Shown: positions 34,941 through 53,960 of the stretch, piece by piece
Layout: every line of letters starts with the position of its first letter
How positions within the stretch are numbered: position 1 is the first letter of the stretch
NCBI RefSeq assembly: GCF_009914755.1
Contig: NC_060939.1
Strand: one strand, 5' to 3'
From: the human T2T-CHM13v2.0 reference genome, Homo sapiens
Length of the DNA: 64,000 bases
Program-made: the position numbers and the translations under genes
Notes under the pieces: generated by a model
What the model saw: the letters and a program-made list of their open reading frames with translations, nothing else
What the model was told of the DNA's origin: nothing
Databases searched by the model: none

Positions 34941-37900
34941 CTATCTACACAGTAAAATGCTATGTAGCCTTGAAAAGGGATATAAAAAATTAACACAAAG
35001 ATAAAAGAGGCAAATAGTGTGTTCAAAATATTTAATATACACGTTTGAAAAAAAAAACTGGAGAGATACACCAAAATGTTAACAATAGTTATTTCTCAGT
35101 AGTAAGATGACATAATTTTTTTTTCCTAATTTGCTTTTTTTTTTTTTTTTTTTTACAGTGAACACATTGTAACAAGAAAAAAAATGCAAGCTATTAAACT
35201 GGGTAAGGTGACAACATCCCCTAAATAAACTTGAGTAGTTTTTGCAGATAAAAGCCCATATTAGATTTCAAATTTGACATCAGGAGTTCAATGACAAAAT
35301 GATATTAGGATCATAAATTTAAATAAGCCACAAAACATTAAAAATAAGAGTGACTTTGGAGGGCATTTAGCGGAAGCCCTTTATTTCACAGTAGGAAGAC
35401 CCTCCCCCCAGTACTAATTCCAGAAGCCTTAAGTGCTGATCTCTGCATAGTTCCCTCTACCCCCATAAATGTACTCATTTATTCTCCAGACAAAATGATG
35501 CAACATATCTACGTTTGGAAACTAGACCACATTCTCCAAAGTGGAAGTAATACAGACTGTGATCAAGACACAACCAACAGTTAAGCTTTCAGCGGCAAAG
35601 TCTGGACATTCCAGCAGATGGGGGTGGTACCATGCAGAATAAGACTTTCAAAATTTAAATGAAACATCACATTCTCACTTTTCAAGGGAGAAAAAGAGCA
35701 GAAAACTTATTTTTGAAGTCCAGGAAGAACTAGGCAACTTACAACTATCACCACATTCCTCAAAACAACCCCATGGAGAAGACAGGCATTATATCCCTTT
35801 TACAAGCATTAAAGCCATGGCACAAAACAGGTGAAGCAATTTGACCAAGCTAAGCACTCATCTCATTCAAAACCCGAGCCCTTCCCCCACCATGCCCTTT
35901 ATACAATTATATTGTAAAATTCCATTTTGTTTTTTAAAATAGCATGCAAGTAATAAGTAAAAGATGATCACTTTCACATCTCGGCAGCGTTCCTTGTCCT
36001 CAATCCTACTCTCTTCTCTGAATGAACAGTTTGAGATATTCCTTTTGTACCATTTCCTATGCATTTGTGAACACTGTTACCAACACTGGTACTATTCAAC
36101 TTTAAGTTCTGCCAATATGATAGGTTAAAAAATACACTACTTAATAAATGAGAATCTTGAGTGTCAGGCACTAGCTAGGCAACCAGGATATAAGTGAAGA
36201 AAAAAAAAAAAGTTACAGCTCTTGTCTTTTTGGGTTTACTATTGTAGTGGTAGAGAAAAACCTGATAATGGTGTAAGTGATAAAGTATAATTGTGAGCAA
36301 GGTGCTAGGAAGGAAACAGACATCAGGATACAAAAGTATGTAAGGTGGTTTCTGGCCTAATAGGGGAACAGTAGTTAGAATTTCCTTGGGTAAGTATGCC
36401 TTTCAGATATTTGTTAACCTCATTTGGAATGTTAATCTAATTTGATTGGAAGGTTGAAGCATTTTTTTCAGATACAAAAAAAAAAAAAGCCACTAGCTAT
36501 CAATTTTCAGTTTATATCCTTTGCCCTCTTTAAGAATGAGTTCTTATACTGTGGCTTTTCCTTTACATCAATAAGCCAGTACTTATTGTCCTCTAGAAAG
36601 AGAAATACCCTAAAAGAAAGAATACTCTAAAAATAATTTTGTTATACTTTTCTAAGCACTATGTTAAAAGTGCTTTAAACTCTAGACTATTTACAGAGGC
36701 CTCTAGTTTTAAATGTTATTCCCCTTTAAAAAAAATTACATAAAATAAATTTGATCTCTCCTTCTCTGCGTTTTTGGTCAGAACCAAAAGTTACCTAAGC
36801 TACATTTTTGTCCAGGTCAGCCAGATTGCTGGTAAAAACTAACTTCAATCAATCTGCATGAAAATGAGTAGACCACCTACAGTTAGTTTGTATTTCTGTG
36901 TTCATCGGGAAAGAATCTAAAGAAGTTGTAGGTTCAGGCTGGTTTCACAGCTATTCTAAATTTAGATTCACACATACAGTGCACATACACTCCCCTCTAT
37001 ACTTAGCGACATGGAATTGCACAGGTGTGAATTCAAGACGATTACTATTCCTAGCCTTTGTTAACATTTTAAAGAGTTAAAAGTTGCTAGTAAGGATGTC
37101 TGCTGCCCTAAGCCTGACTTATAGCATTTTCCCCAAGGGATTTTATTCATTAGGAACTAGATGACAATGAATTAACACACTACATACAACTTTGCAACAG
37201 AGAAGGAATTGCAATTGTCTTTAAGACAGTTTCAATAGTTGCCACCCCCTAGTTGTAAAAAAGATTATCAGGAAATTCAACATAGGAAAAGATTTAAAAG
37301 ACTAACAGAAAAAATAACTGTTCTACTTATAAAGAAAATGGGAATTAAAATGAGAATTCTGCTTACCAAAACTGAAAAATTACAGTTACAATATTCAATG
37401 GTGATGAGCCATTTAGGTAATTTTTTCTTCTCTATGTATATGGTGAGACAGGACTCTCCAACTGCTGAGACAATCACAGAAGGACAGTATCTCCATCGAG
37501 AATTTAACCATCAAGAATTTTTAAAGTATCAAAACTCTTTAACTTGGTAACTGTATTATAAGAATCTCTCTAAATACTCATAAATGCTAAGAAAGATTTA
37601 CCTACAAAGATGCCTGTCACAATGCAATCAATTGCGAAAACTGAAAATAACTATTCTGTCAAAATGGACTACGAACTTAGCCATTAAAATACATACCTCA
37701 GCATATGACAAAGGAGAACACTTAAGTGGCTGGGGAAAGAGAGTAAGTTGTATACAAGACGACAGCTGCATGAAGATATTCAGAAATACGGAGAGAACTC
37801 AAAGTCATCAAAAACAACTGAAGTAGACTACAGGTAGTAGCACGTATGAATCTTTACTGAAATTTTCAAATTGTTTATAGCAAATGTAAACTACTCAAAA

Positions 37901-38132
37901 AAATTCAGATAATTTTAAGAAATTAAAATCTAGGTATGGCTCTCTGACAGAGAAATTCACAATATATATTTAAAATAGTATATTTAAAGAAAGATGAGCT
38001 GTCCTAAGAAAATAATTCAGTAAAAAACCTTTCTGGGATGCTATCTGGTCATATGTTTTAAGAGTATGTTTATACCTAAGTACAAACATTGAGAAGTAGT
38101 TCAGTACTTCTAAGATTCTACTATGAGGATAA

Positions 38133-38459
<327 letters not shown>

Positions 38460-39975
38460 TGAGTGACCGCATCCAGCCCAAAGGTTTTCTTAATGTGGAA
38501 GTTCATCCCCACATTAAGAGTTAATAAAATAATAGCATGTACAACTTCAAACAAGGAGGATATGAAGAATTATCTCCACCTAATTCCCTACCCCAGAGAT
38601 ACCTTTCAAAGATTTTTATGTATACAAGCATGTATACACATAGCTTTTAAAAAATATATGCACAAATGGTCAAATATGCCATTTCACATCTTTTTTCAAG
38701 TATTTTAAGAGTTCTTTCCATATCTGTATAAAGAAATCAGCTTCATTATTTTATGGCAGCATGGCAGTCCATTCCATGAACATGATGTATCTAACCATTT
38801 CTCTACTGATGAGCATTCAGGCTGCTTCTAGTAGTTTTTATTTCTTCTACAAATAAGGCAATGAACATCCCTCAACATTGATCTTGACTTACTTGGGCAA
38901 GCATACTTGTTAAATGCATACACCTTACAATCCAGTACATTTAAAATTGATAGCTGTTGGTCAAAATTGACCCAAGAACCACACCCATTTAAATTCCCAA
39001 CGATATGAGAACTATTTCTTTGTACCCTTACCAAATTTTACTTTTTATGAACCTGACAGGTAAACAATAGAACCCATTGTTTAAATCAATGATGGGATTC
39101 TGAGCTGAAGGACAAGGAGTCTACCATATGTTCTTAAGATTGAGTATCTTTCATGTTAATTGTCCCTCTTTTCCCCATCATGTTCCCCATCTTAGAAAAC
39201 AGATCCACATTAGTGTGCAAGACAAAATGACTCCTCTCTCCCCCATTCCCCGCAATCGTCTTGTTGAACCTAACCTTGAAATTTACACAAAATCTGTCCA
39301 CTTATTTTGTCTCTATTATTACCATACTAGTCCAAGCCAACACACTTCTCACCTGAACTACTGCAATAGCCTCCCCTATGTTATCTGTGCTTTACCATTC
39401 AACACTTCCCACCCCCTGGAAAGCCCTGTACCTCTTAAACATCCCAAGTTCAGGCCCACGCCAAGGCCCTGCTGTTTGTTCTGCTTAATACTCCTGCTCT
39501 GGCCTTAAACCAGTTTCTCTACATGGCTGACTACTTGTTATTCAGTCTTCAGCTTAAATGCTACTTTCTGAGAGAGAGACCTCAATTGTATGTGGGGCGG
39601 CAATTTAATCACTAACCCCTGCCCCCATCCTAATCATTCCTTATCACATCCCATTGCTCAGTCTTCATATTGCTGAGTATAATTTGAAATTGTGGCCAGG
39701 CATGGTAGCTACTGCCTGTAATCCTAGCACTTTGGGAGGCAGAGGCGGGTGGATCACTTGAAGTCAGGAGTTTAGGACCAGCCCGGCCAACATGGTGAAA
39801 CCCTGTCTCTACCAAAAATACAAAAATTAACCAGACATAGTGGCACATGCCCATAGTCCCAGCTACTCGGGAGGCTGAGGCAGGAGAGGTTGCAGTGAGC
39901 CGAGATTGCACCACTGTACTCCAGCCTGGGCAACAGAGCAAGACTCCAACTCCAAAAAAAAAAAAAATTGTATTA

Positions 39976-40278
39976 CAGTCGGCACTCCCTACCTGTGGGT
40001 TCCACATCTTTGGATTCAACCAACCGCAGATCAAAAGTATTTTTTAAAATGTGTCCATATTAAACATGTACAGATTTGTCAGTATTCCCGAAACAATACA
40101 GTATAACTATTTACACTGCATTAGGTATAAGTAATCTAGAGATAAAGTATATATAAAGGAGGACATGCATGGGTTAGATGCAAATACTGTACCATTTTAC
40201 ATCAGGGACTTCGGCATTTGTGGATTTGGGTTATGCACAGGAGGTCCTGGATTCCCTAAAGATAACTAGGGACAACTT
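39976..40278. mobile_element. MER2-like TcMar-Tigger element
   Basis: ta-cagtcggc...gtgggttccacatc...ggattcaaccaaccgc start and a decayed inverted end. Confidence 0.7.
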
Positions 40279-40440
40279 TTGCTTCTACTCCACCGTATTT
40301 CTTCATAGCTTTTCTACAGGAGAGCAGACACAGTATCTGCACTTTTCACATCTGTATTCACAACATCTAGAAGAGTTTATTAGTGTTGACTAAAAGAAGT
40401 GCAGAATAGTCTTTTCCTATGTGTCCCCTCATCCCTTTGA

Positions 40441-40472
<32 letters not shown>

Positions 40473-40670
40473 AGTTGTTAGTCTCATTAATTCCTAAGAA
40501 AACTCTGTAATTCAAGAAAGTTAACCTTCTGTTACCCATTACACATATTTTTTCCTCCTTGGTCACATATTTAAATTATATAATTCAATGGTTTTTAATA
40601 CATCTAGAATTCTGCAATTGTTACAATTTTAGAGCATTCCATCATCCCCAAAAGAAACCTGTATCCTTTC

Positions 40671-40710
40671 AGACAAGATCAGGCACACTCAGGGTGGTAT
40701 GGCTATAGAC
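40671..40710 (-). pseudogene. Tailless 5S rRNA retropseudogene (5' about 40 nt)
   Basis: Minus strand reads GTCTATAGCCATACCACCCTGAGTGTGCCTGATCTTGTCTGA versus 5S GTCTACGGCCATACCACCCTGAACGCGCCCGATCTCGTCTGA; differences are almost all CpG decay. Flanked by the direct repeat agaaacctgtatcctttcag at 40653-40672 and 40711-40730. Confidence 0.92.
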
Positions 40711-40744
40711 AGAAACCTGTATCCTTTCAGCAGTCACTCTCTGG

Positions 40745-41890
<1,146 letters not shown>

Positions 41891-42426
41891 CTTTTCAGGA
41901 CACTATCATTTCCCTCTAACCTCTCCCACCCCTAAGCAACCATGAATCTATTTTCTGTCTCTACAGATTTACCTATTCTGGATATTGCACATAAATTAGA
42001 TCATACAATATTTAAAAATTTTTTCACTTAGCATGTTTTTAAGATTCATCATTGTTTTAGTTTGTATCAGAACTTTTTTTTTTTTTTTTTTAAGACAGGG
42101 TCTTAATCTGTCACCCAGGCTGGAGTGCAAGTGGCACTATCTTGGCTCACTGCAACCTCCACTTCCCAGGTTCAAGCCATCCTCCCACCTCACCCTTCTA
42201 ATTAGCTGAAGCTACAGGCGTGTGCCACCACATCCAGCTAATTTTTGTATTTTTTGTAGAGATAGGGTTTTGCCATATTTCCCAGGCTGGTCTCGAACTC
42301 TGGCTCAATTGATCCGCCCGCCTCAGCCTCCCAAAGTGCTTGGATTACAAGCAGGAGCCACCACGCCCAGCCAGAACTTCAGTTATTTTTATTGCCAAAT
42401 AACATTTTATTGAATGGATATATATA

Positions 42427-45420
<2,994 letters not shown>

Positions 45421-46717
45421 TACTACATTCTGTTCATCCATTCATCACCAGTTAATAGACATTTGGATTGTTTCCACATTTGGGATATTATGAACGACAC
45501 TGTTACAAATGCCCACCTATAAGTTTTTGTATGAACATTCGTTTTCATTTCTCTTAAGGAGTGAATTTCTGGGTCACATGGTGATTAACCTTGAGTAACC
45601 GCCAAATTGTTTTCCAAAACAGCTGCAACATTTCACATTAGCAATGTATAAGAGTTTCACTTTTTCTACATCCTGATCAACAATTGTTACTGCCTTTTTG
45701 CTACAGGCATCCTACCAGGTGTAAAGAGGCTCCACTGTTCAAAGATTGGACCATCTAAACAAAAAAGGGTAACTGCAATGGATCAAGACACATCAAACAC
45801 ATTAAATCTATGAGTTCACAATGATACTAAAAAACAACTTACTGGTCAACTTTGGAGAATGCTAGACAATCAGCTCAATATTATGAAAGAAAGTAAAGTA
45901 AAATAAGCATTTAATTGTGCTTGATTATTTGAAGAAACGTTCTCTTCTGGTTTACCAAATAGTTCATGAAATTAAGTTTATTTTTTAAAAAGCATATCAA
46001 CTAATAAACGAAAAACAGAGAATTAGAAAACTGCTATTTGGCAACCTCTAATGTATCTAGGTAGTGACCATCAATGCCTGATGATATCACTAGAAAAGAA
46101 GTACTCAGTATCACCTACTAAGTATTCTTGCTAAGAAAGTCAAACCTAAGTCTGCTCAAGTCTCTAGCTATAATCACCAATTAACAGAAACTAGAGGGGG
46201 CCGAGGGACATGTGAAGTACTGCCATGGGAATGCAGTCAGTAAAATCTGTACTGCAGATAATTCCATAGAACACATGACCTACTTTTCTCAAAAAATTTA
46301 TAGCAGAGGGCAGATGAAGAAAGCAATCCTAGCCTAAAAGCAACTTGAGACATAATCACAATCCTAACAATCACAGAATCACAATGCTATTCCTAAAGGA
46401 TTCAAAACACAATTAGGTCTAATTTTTACTAAAGCTCACGAAAAATAAAGCAGTTAAGACAAGCATGTGGTGAAACTTGAACTGATTTATTCTCTTGATG
46501 GCATAATATTCTGACCGAATTCACTTGCAAATAAACTTCTGACATGAGAAGATTTAACTTGCAAATGCAAGTATTAATAAGCTTTCCATCTGAGAAAAAA
46601 AAGCCCAATTTGGAAAACATATGTACTAAAAAGTTCATTAAAATGTTCATTACAGGACAGGCGCTGCAGCTCACACATGTAATCCCAGCACTTTGGGAGA
46701 CTGAGGCAGGCAGATCA

Positions 46718-46951
<234 letters not shown>

Positions 46952-47515
46952 TCATTACAGTATTATTTATAGCAAGAAGATACCCAAGAAGCATGTAGTT
47001 TTGTTTACATGGCAAGAAGAGGATATGAACTGTTAAGTAGTTTTGATACATCCTCTTGACATATTTAAGTCATTAATATGGAAGACAATCTAGCAACAAG
47101 CAAAAATACTCATGACAGGCTTAAGATACCAGGATGAATACATGCTATAGCTTCCCCTTCATCCTCCAATGCTGAAATGCCAATTTTAAAGAATCTGTAA
47201 CCATATTAGAAAACAAAAAAGGATATCCTTGGTGTGCCAAAATCACAAAGAATCCTAAAAACAAGAAATATAGGCTGGGCACGTTGGCTCACGCCTGTAA
47301 TCCCAGTGCTTTTGGAGGCTGAGGCAGGTGGGATCGCTTGAGCCCAGGAGTTCAAGCTCAGACTGGGCAACACAGGGAGACCCTATCTCTACAAAAAAAT
47401 GAAAAAGTTAAGAGGGTGTAGTGGCACATGCTTGTAGTCCCAGCTACTTGGGACACTAAAGTGGGAGGATCAATTGGGCCTGGAAGGTCGAGGCTGCAAT
47501 GAGCAGTGATCAAAA

Positions 47516-48005
47516 TGTAGCAGGATTTCTTAAGGAATCAGAGAGACTGATGGGGTTTAGGAGTATATTTATTAATTAGGTGCACCGGCCCAGTTGGATT
47601 TACATCCAAAGGACTGAGCCCTGAACAAAGAGTTAAGTTACCTTTTAAGCATTTCGTGGGGCAGGGGAGATCTGTGCAGGGGGAAGCATATTACAGAAGC
47701 GAGAAACAAAGACAGTTATTTAATTAATTGAGACATGCATTAAATCATTTCTTACTTTCCAAGGAAAAACATGTTTTACAGCTTGAGTTTATCTGTCTAG
47801 TGAACTTTCAGCTGCACAGATAGAGAAACAGGGTCTTCACAATGCTTGGGAAAGGAGGAGAGACAAGGCTCACTAGCCACAGAAAAACAGGCAGTTAATT
47901 TTTAAAGAACTCCAGCTCTTTCTCTTTTTCAGGGGGAATTGGGTTTTCTTACATACAACTGAGTTTCTGCTTAACATTTTTTAATTTCTTTTAATTCCTG
48001 TTCCA
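47516..48005 (-). mobile_element. Solo ERV1-class LTR (LTR15-like), 490 bp, inserted in an Alu right arm
   Basis: Minus strand runs TGGAACAGGAATTAAAAG...CTACA (TG..CA termini) with AATAAA at 47573-47568. The host Alu resumes on both sides (gtgatc | acaccact). Family name is from memory. Confidence 0.8.
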
Positions 48006-48720
48006 ACACCACTCGACTCCAGCCTGCATGACAAGAATGAGACCCTGTCTCAAAAAACAAAAACCAGCAAGACAGATGGATTCAAAGTGGAAGGAGGAGA
48101 TGTTGAAAGAAGACTTAACAAAATAGGAGAGCTGCTCCAGATATTACAAAGCTTGAGAGGTGTATAAAAGGAGTTACCTATAGGACTATTGACAATGACT
48201 GAGTTGGAGGAGCCCAGTAGAAGCAGACAGGCTGGTTCTACTACTTCACCTGTGAACCAGGAACCTGATGACATCCAGGTGGCATGATGAGACTACATAT
48301 CCAGAAGTTTAGCTACTATTACATCTCTCCCTTGTAATTTCCCATCCTGAGAGCAGGCTAGCATAAACCTACACAGCATTTGCACACAAGATTTCTCAGG
48401 CATTTCAAAAACAAATGTCATTTAGGCTAGGTGCGGTGGCTCACGCCTGTAATCCTAGTACTTTGGGAGGCTGAGGTGGGTGGATCACCTGAGGTGGGTG
48501 GATCACCTGAGGTCAGGAATTCAAAACTAGCCTGGCCAACATGGTGAAACCTCATCTCTACTAAAAATACAAAAATTACCCGGGCATGGTGGCGCACACC
48601 TGTAATCCCAGCTACTAGGGAGGCTGAAGCAGGAGAATCGCTTGAACGTGGGACGCAGAGGTTGCAGTGAGCTGAGATTGCACCACTCCAGCCTGAGTGA
48701 CAGAGCAAAACTCTGTCTCA

Positions 48721-49062
<342 letters not shown>

Positions 49063-51098
49063 TTACAACCAATATTGACCAAATATTTTCAGAAAACCAA
49101 GAGATTCAATGTGGCAGCAACCTTAACATAAAACCTATACCTTTCCCATAAATATATACACCTACTGTGTACCCATAAAAATTAAAAGTAAAAAAATTTT
49201 AACTCTTATATCTGAGGAAATGAAGGATAATAAAGCCAAGAGAACAAAGTTTTAAAATAAATAATAATTCCCCCAAAGATACCAGACGATCCATTGGAGA
49301 CCTTGGAAGTTAAAATTTGATTAAATAAAGCTGACAAATGGTCTGATTGGTAGAATGTTCACAAATGAAAAACTTAATAATGAGGTGGAAAGAAAAAGCA
49401 GTTCTCTTAAAATATTATGCAGGAGAATAAAAACGTTGAAAAATACAAGAAGATTGGAAACACTCCTCACTACTACTCAACTGGACACGTTCCTAGGCTC
49501 TTCACTCATACCATCACACTAATCTTTACAGCAACCCTTCACGATAGGTACTAGTACTAGAGGATAATTAAAATACTGAAATATTGAAATACAACAGAAT
49601 TTTAAACTATTTGAGTTCCACCTCCAATAAAGGCTGGCAAAGTTATTCAAACTAACCTTCTTCCTGAAAAAAAATGCTAACAATAAAGAGGGACATCATC
49701 TTAAAAGCATCTGAAATCTTACAGGATAGAACTACTAGTCCAAATTCTTTAAAACAAAAACAAACAACAACAAGCGGAAACCAGGAAACCCTCTCCCCAC
49801 CTCAAAAAAGCAAAATACCAGAACACAAAAGTCATTTTTAGTCTATGATGGAATCTCTTTGCCCATCTCAGCAAAGATGGTTCTATGGCCCCAAGAAGCA
49901 AAGGAAAAGAAGTCAATGTTCAAAACATACCCAAGAAGGGAAATGAATAGGATAGTCTATCCACATTAAGCTGGGACCCCCCAGAGTACCTACAACCAGA
50001 ATAAAACCAGGGCCCAAAATCTCCTGCTGTGATCTCTAAAATTTAAAACCTCAAAGATGGAGTTTAACAGCCAAATGAGGTACAATAGGGGAAAAGCAGT
50101 GAACTAGAATATAGAACCAAAATGTATACAATACATAAGGGAGACACAAAAAAGTAGAAAATATCAAAGACACAAAAGATAGAATGAGAAAGTAGAATAA
50201 ATATTTAATTACAGAGTCCCAAAAGAAGAGAAAGAAAAATGAGGCACAGGAAATATATGAGGAGATAATGGTTGTAAATTGAGTAATGAAAGATACCAGT
50301 CTATACATACAAGAAACCCAAGAACTCCCAAGGAAGAAAAAAGATAACCATATTTAAACTAAGAGTGAAACATCAGAAAGCAAAGGGATAATTAAAACAA
50401 ACAAGGAACAAAAGAGAGAAAAAGGTTTCAAAGGAGAGTGACCGACTTTTGAAAACCATTGAAGCCTGAACATGTTCAGTATATGGAGAGTGAAATGATA
50501 AATGCCAATCAAGAATTGTGTAACCACCAAATACATCCTAAGAAATGAACGTGAGAAAGAGATTTTCAAGGAAGATAAAGATCATTCACTGCCAGCAGAC
50601 TCACAATAAAAATATTCATCTTTAACATTAAATATGCTCCTTGAGCAGAAGGAAAGTGAACCCACATGGAAGAGAAATTCAGAGAAAAAAAAAACAATGA
50701 AAAGAGGACACATCTAAGTCTAAGTAAACAATGACTATATAAGATACTTTCTTCTGGGGTTCAAATATACACACAATTGAAATGTATAGCAGCAACAGCA
50801 CAAAAGAAGTGGGGACAGGATAACAAGTTCTGTAAGGTCCTTGCATTTTCTAGGACGTGATGAAAGCACTAATTTCTTAGACGCTAGTAAGTCAATGATA
50901 ACATGTTGTAATCCCTAGGTGTAGCCACAAAAAGATCAGTAAATATATGTTTGCCCAAGAGGCCATGGAAGAAAGAAAAAGGAATAGAACGTGAAGAACA
51001 AAGAAGACTCAGTAAAGATGATAGGTTTAAGCATAACAAAACGACATGGGTTTGGACAGGGGGAGGTTGGGTGGGTTCTTCATCCTCTCTCATCATAA

Positions 51099-51372
<274 letters not shown>

Positions 51373-51593
51373 TGATCCGCCCCCACCTCGACCTCCCAAA
51401 GTGCTGGGTTTACAGGCATGAGTCACCGTGCTTGGGGGTACAACTTGTCACTTCTAATGTGGTTTTCTTAAAAAAAAAAAGATTTTTACACTGGGCACGG
51501 TGGCTCACGCCTGTAATCCCAGCACTTTGGGAGGCCAAGGCGGGTGGATCACCTGAGGTCAGGAGTCCAAGACCAGCCAGGCCAACATGACTA

Positions 51594-51833
<240 letters not shown>

Positions 51834-53080
51834 TTAAAAACCAATATCCCAACTATATGCTGCTTTCCAGGGTCATGTCTTACAATATAAGGTCACTGAT
51901 TGACAGGTTGAAAAACATGAGAAAAGATATGCCATTCAAGCACCAAAAATGCTGTTGTAACCAAATAGGTATCAAAGTAAACTTTAAGGCAAAAACATGA
52001 GAAAGAAATGCATTTCATAAGTATCGAGAGATCAATCTACAAAGAAGATATAATTCTAAAACTTAATAAAAGCATACAAAAATCAATAAAGCCAAACAAC
52101 AACCCTAAAAGGAGAGATAATTGAGATAACGAAAGCTAGAGATTTTAACACATTTCTCTTAGTAATTGATAGAATAAGCATATATTCCCCCTGCAAAAAA
52201 GAATATAGAAAATCTGAAACATCAAATTAGTAAATTTGACCTAACAGACATAAACAGAACACTGCATCCAACATCTGCTCAGTACACTGTCTTTATAAGT
52301 ATATCTAGAACATTTAACAAAGTAGAGCATATGTTAGACTATAAAGCAAGCCTCAACAAATTTGAAGACTAAAATTATGTTAGAGGATGTTCTATGACCA
52401 TAGTGGAATTAAGATAAAAATTCATAACAAAAAGACAACTAGAAAGTCCCAAATACCTGAAAGCTGTACTACAGACTTCCTCAGGGACCAACAAGACATC
52501 CAATGGAAATTAGAAAATAGTCAACTAAATGATAATTAAAAAGACTTCACAACTCATAAAATGCACTTAAATCCATGCTGAGCGGGAAATTTATAGTCTT
52601 TGGTAATGTATTAAAAAGATTAAAAACCATGGGCCAAGAATGGTGACTCATGCCTGTTATACAAGTGCTTTGGGAGGCTCAGATGGGAGGATCACTTGAG
52701 CCCAGGAGTTTGAGGTTACAGTAAGGTATGATTGTGCCACTACCTTAGTGACAGGGCAAGATCCTGCATCCAGAAATATATGTATATAAAATCGGCCGGG
52801 CGCGGTGGCTCACACCTCTAATCCCAGCACTTTGGGAGGCCGAGGCGAATGGATCACTTGAGGTCAGGAGTTTGAGACCAGCCTGGCCAACATGGTGAAA
52901 ACCCGTCTCTACTAAAAACACAAAAATTAGCTGGGCATGGTGGCAAGTGCCTGTAATCCCAGCTACTCAGGAGGCTGAGACAGAAGAATCGCTTGAACCC
53001 GGGAGGCGGAGGTTACAGTGAGCCGAGATCATGCATGGCACTCCAGCCTGGGCGACAGAGCAACCCTTCATCTCAAAAAC

Positions 53081-53960
53081 TAAATAAATAAAAATAAATA
53101 AAATAAAATCAATGATCAGGGTAATATTAGTGAAATGGCGAATAAGGACCTCTGACAATTCTTCCTACATAAAAACCAATGAGAACACTAGCAAAAAATT
53201 GTCACAATAAACTTTGTCAGAACTCTGGAAATTAAACCAAAAGCTTGCAGAAATCTGGGGAGTATTTGTTTAAAAAATAAAAACAAGATAGCTGAATCTT
53301 GGTAAGAACAACATTCTTTGTGGCCTTTTAATTTGTATTATTTTCATACCTTCCTCTCTAGCTCTACTACAACCCTGAAAACCAGCAACCTGCATCACAG
53401 CAAAAATTAGCAGCCTGGAAGCCACTGAAAGGACAAAACAGTTGGAGCTCAAGCCCCATCCTCAATGAATTGTCATTACTTGACCTTTTACATGGTTACA
53501 CACAAGGTCCCACTTATGTGGTTGTATTTGACCTACCTCCGAGCTCACCAAGTACAGCCAGCCATTTCCCATTTCCCAGGGAAAGTTTATTTAAAAAAAA
53601 AAAATCAGAGGCAATTATTAAATATCCCAGGTGCCTGAGGCATTAGGCAACAGTTTAGGAACTCAACAGGCTAACCAAAAAAGCTTAAAAGGCTGGGGAA
53701 TGAAATATGAGGCTTTATAAAAAACTCAATATATTCCTGGGAATCTAGGCTAACCTGCATGCTTGAAAGAAAGCATTAGAAGGCCCTAAGCTCTCTCTCC
53801 TGGTTAACCTTGAGGCTCTGTACAAACAGCAAGTGAAGAATACAAGAATACTGCAGAGTTGTAAACTGTCTGGCTCAGTGTGGAGGGCATACTGGGCCCC
53901 TTGTCAAAGACTGGGAAACTTACTGGTTCTAAGCATGTAAGGCAGTTTCTGTCCATCATT
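53081..53960 (+). repeat. Inverted duplication, arm 1 (source copy)
   Basis: Reverse complement of 58147-59017. About a dozen differences by manual comparison. ORFs 53270..53452(-) and 58651..58833(+) are near identical. Confidence 0.95.

Noticed and set aside
35609-35626. CTCF-like motif CCAGCAGATGGGGG
   Set aside because: It mismatches the conserved GGC core, and a single motif cannot be supported without ChIP data.
40442-40471. Isolated poly(A) run as a truncated retro-insertion
   Set aside because: No element body or target-site duplication is visible, so I treat it as a mononucleotide microsatellite.
53081-53109. CPE-like UUUUUAU motifs in the pre-mRNA as CPEB1 autoregulatory sites
   Set aside because: They are antisense Alu tails, and such motifs are ubiquitous in AT-rich introns. 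The 3' UTR is not in this window.
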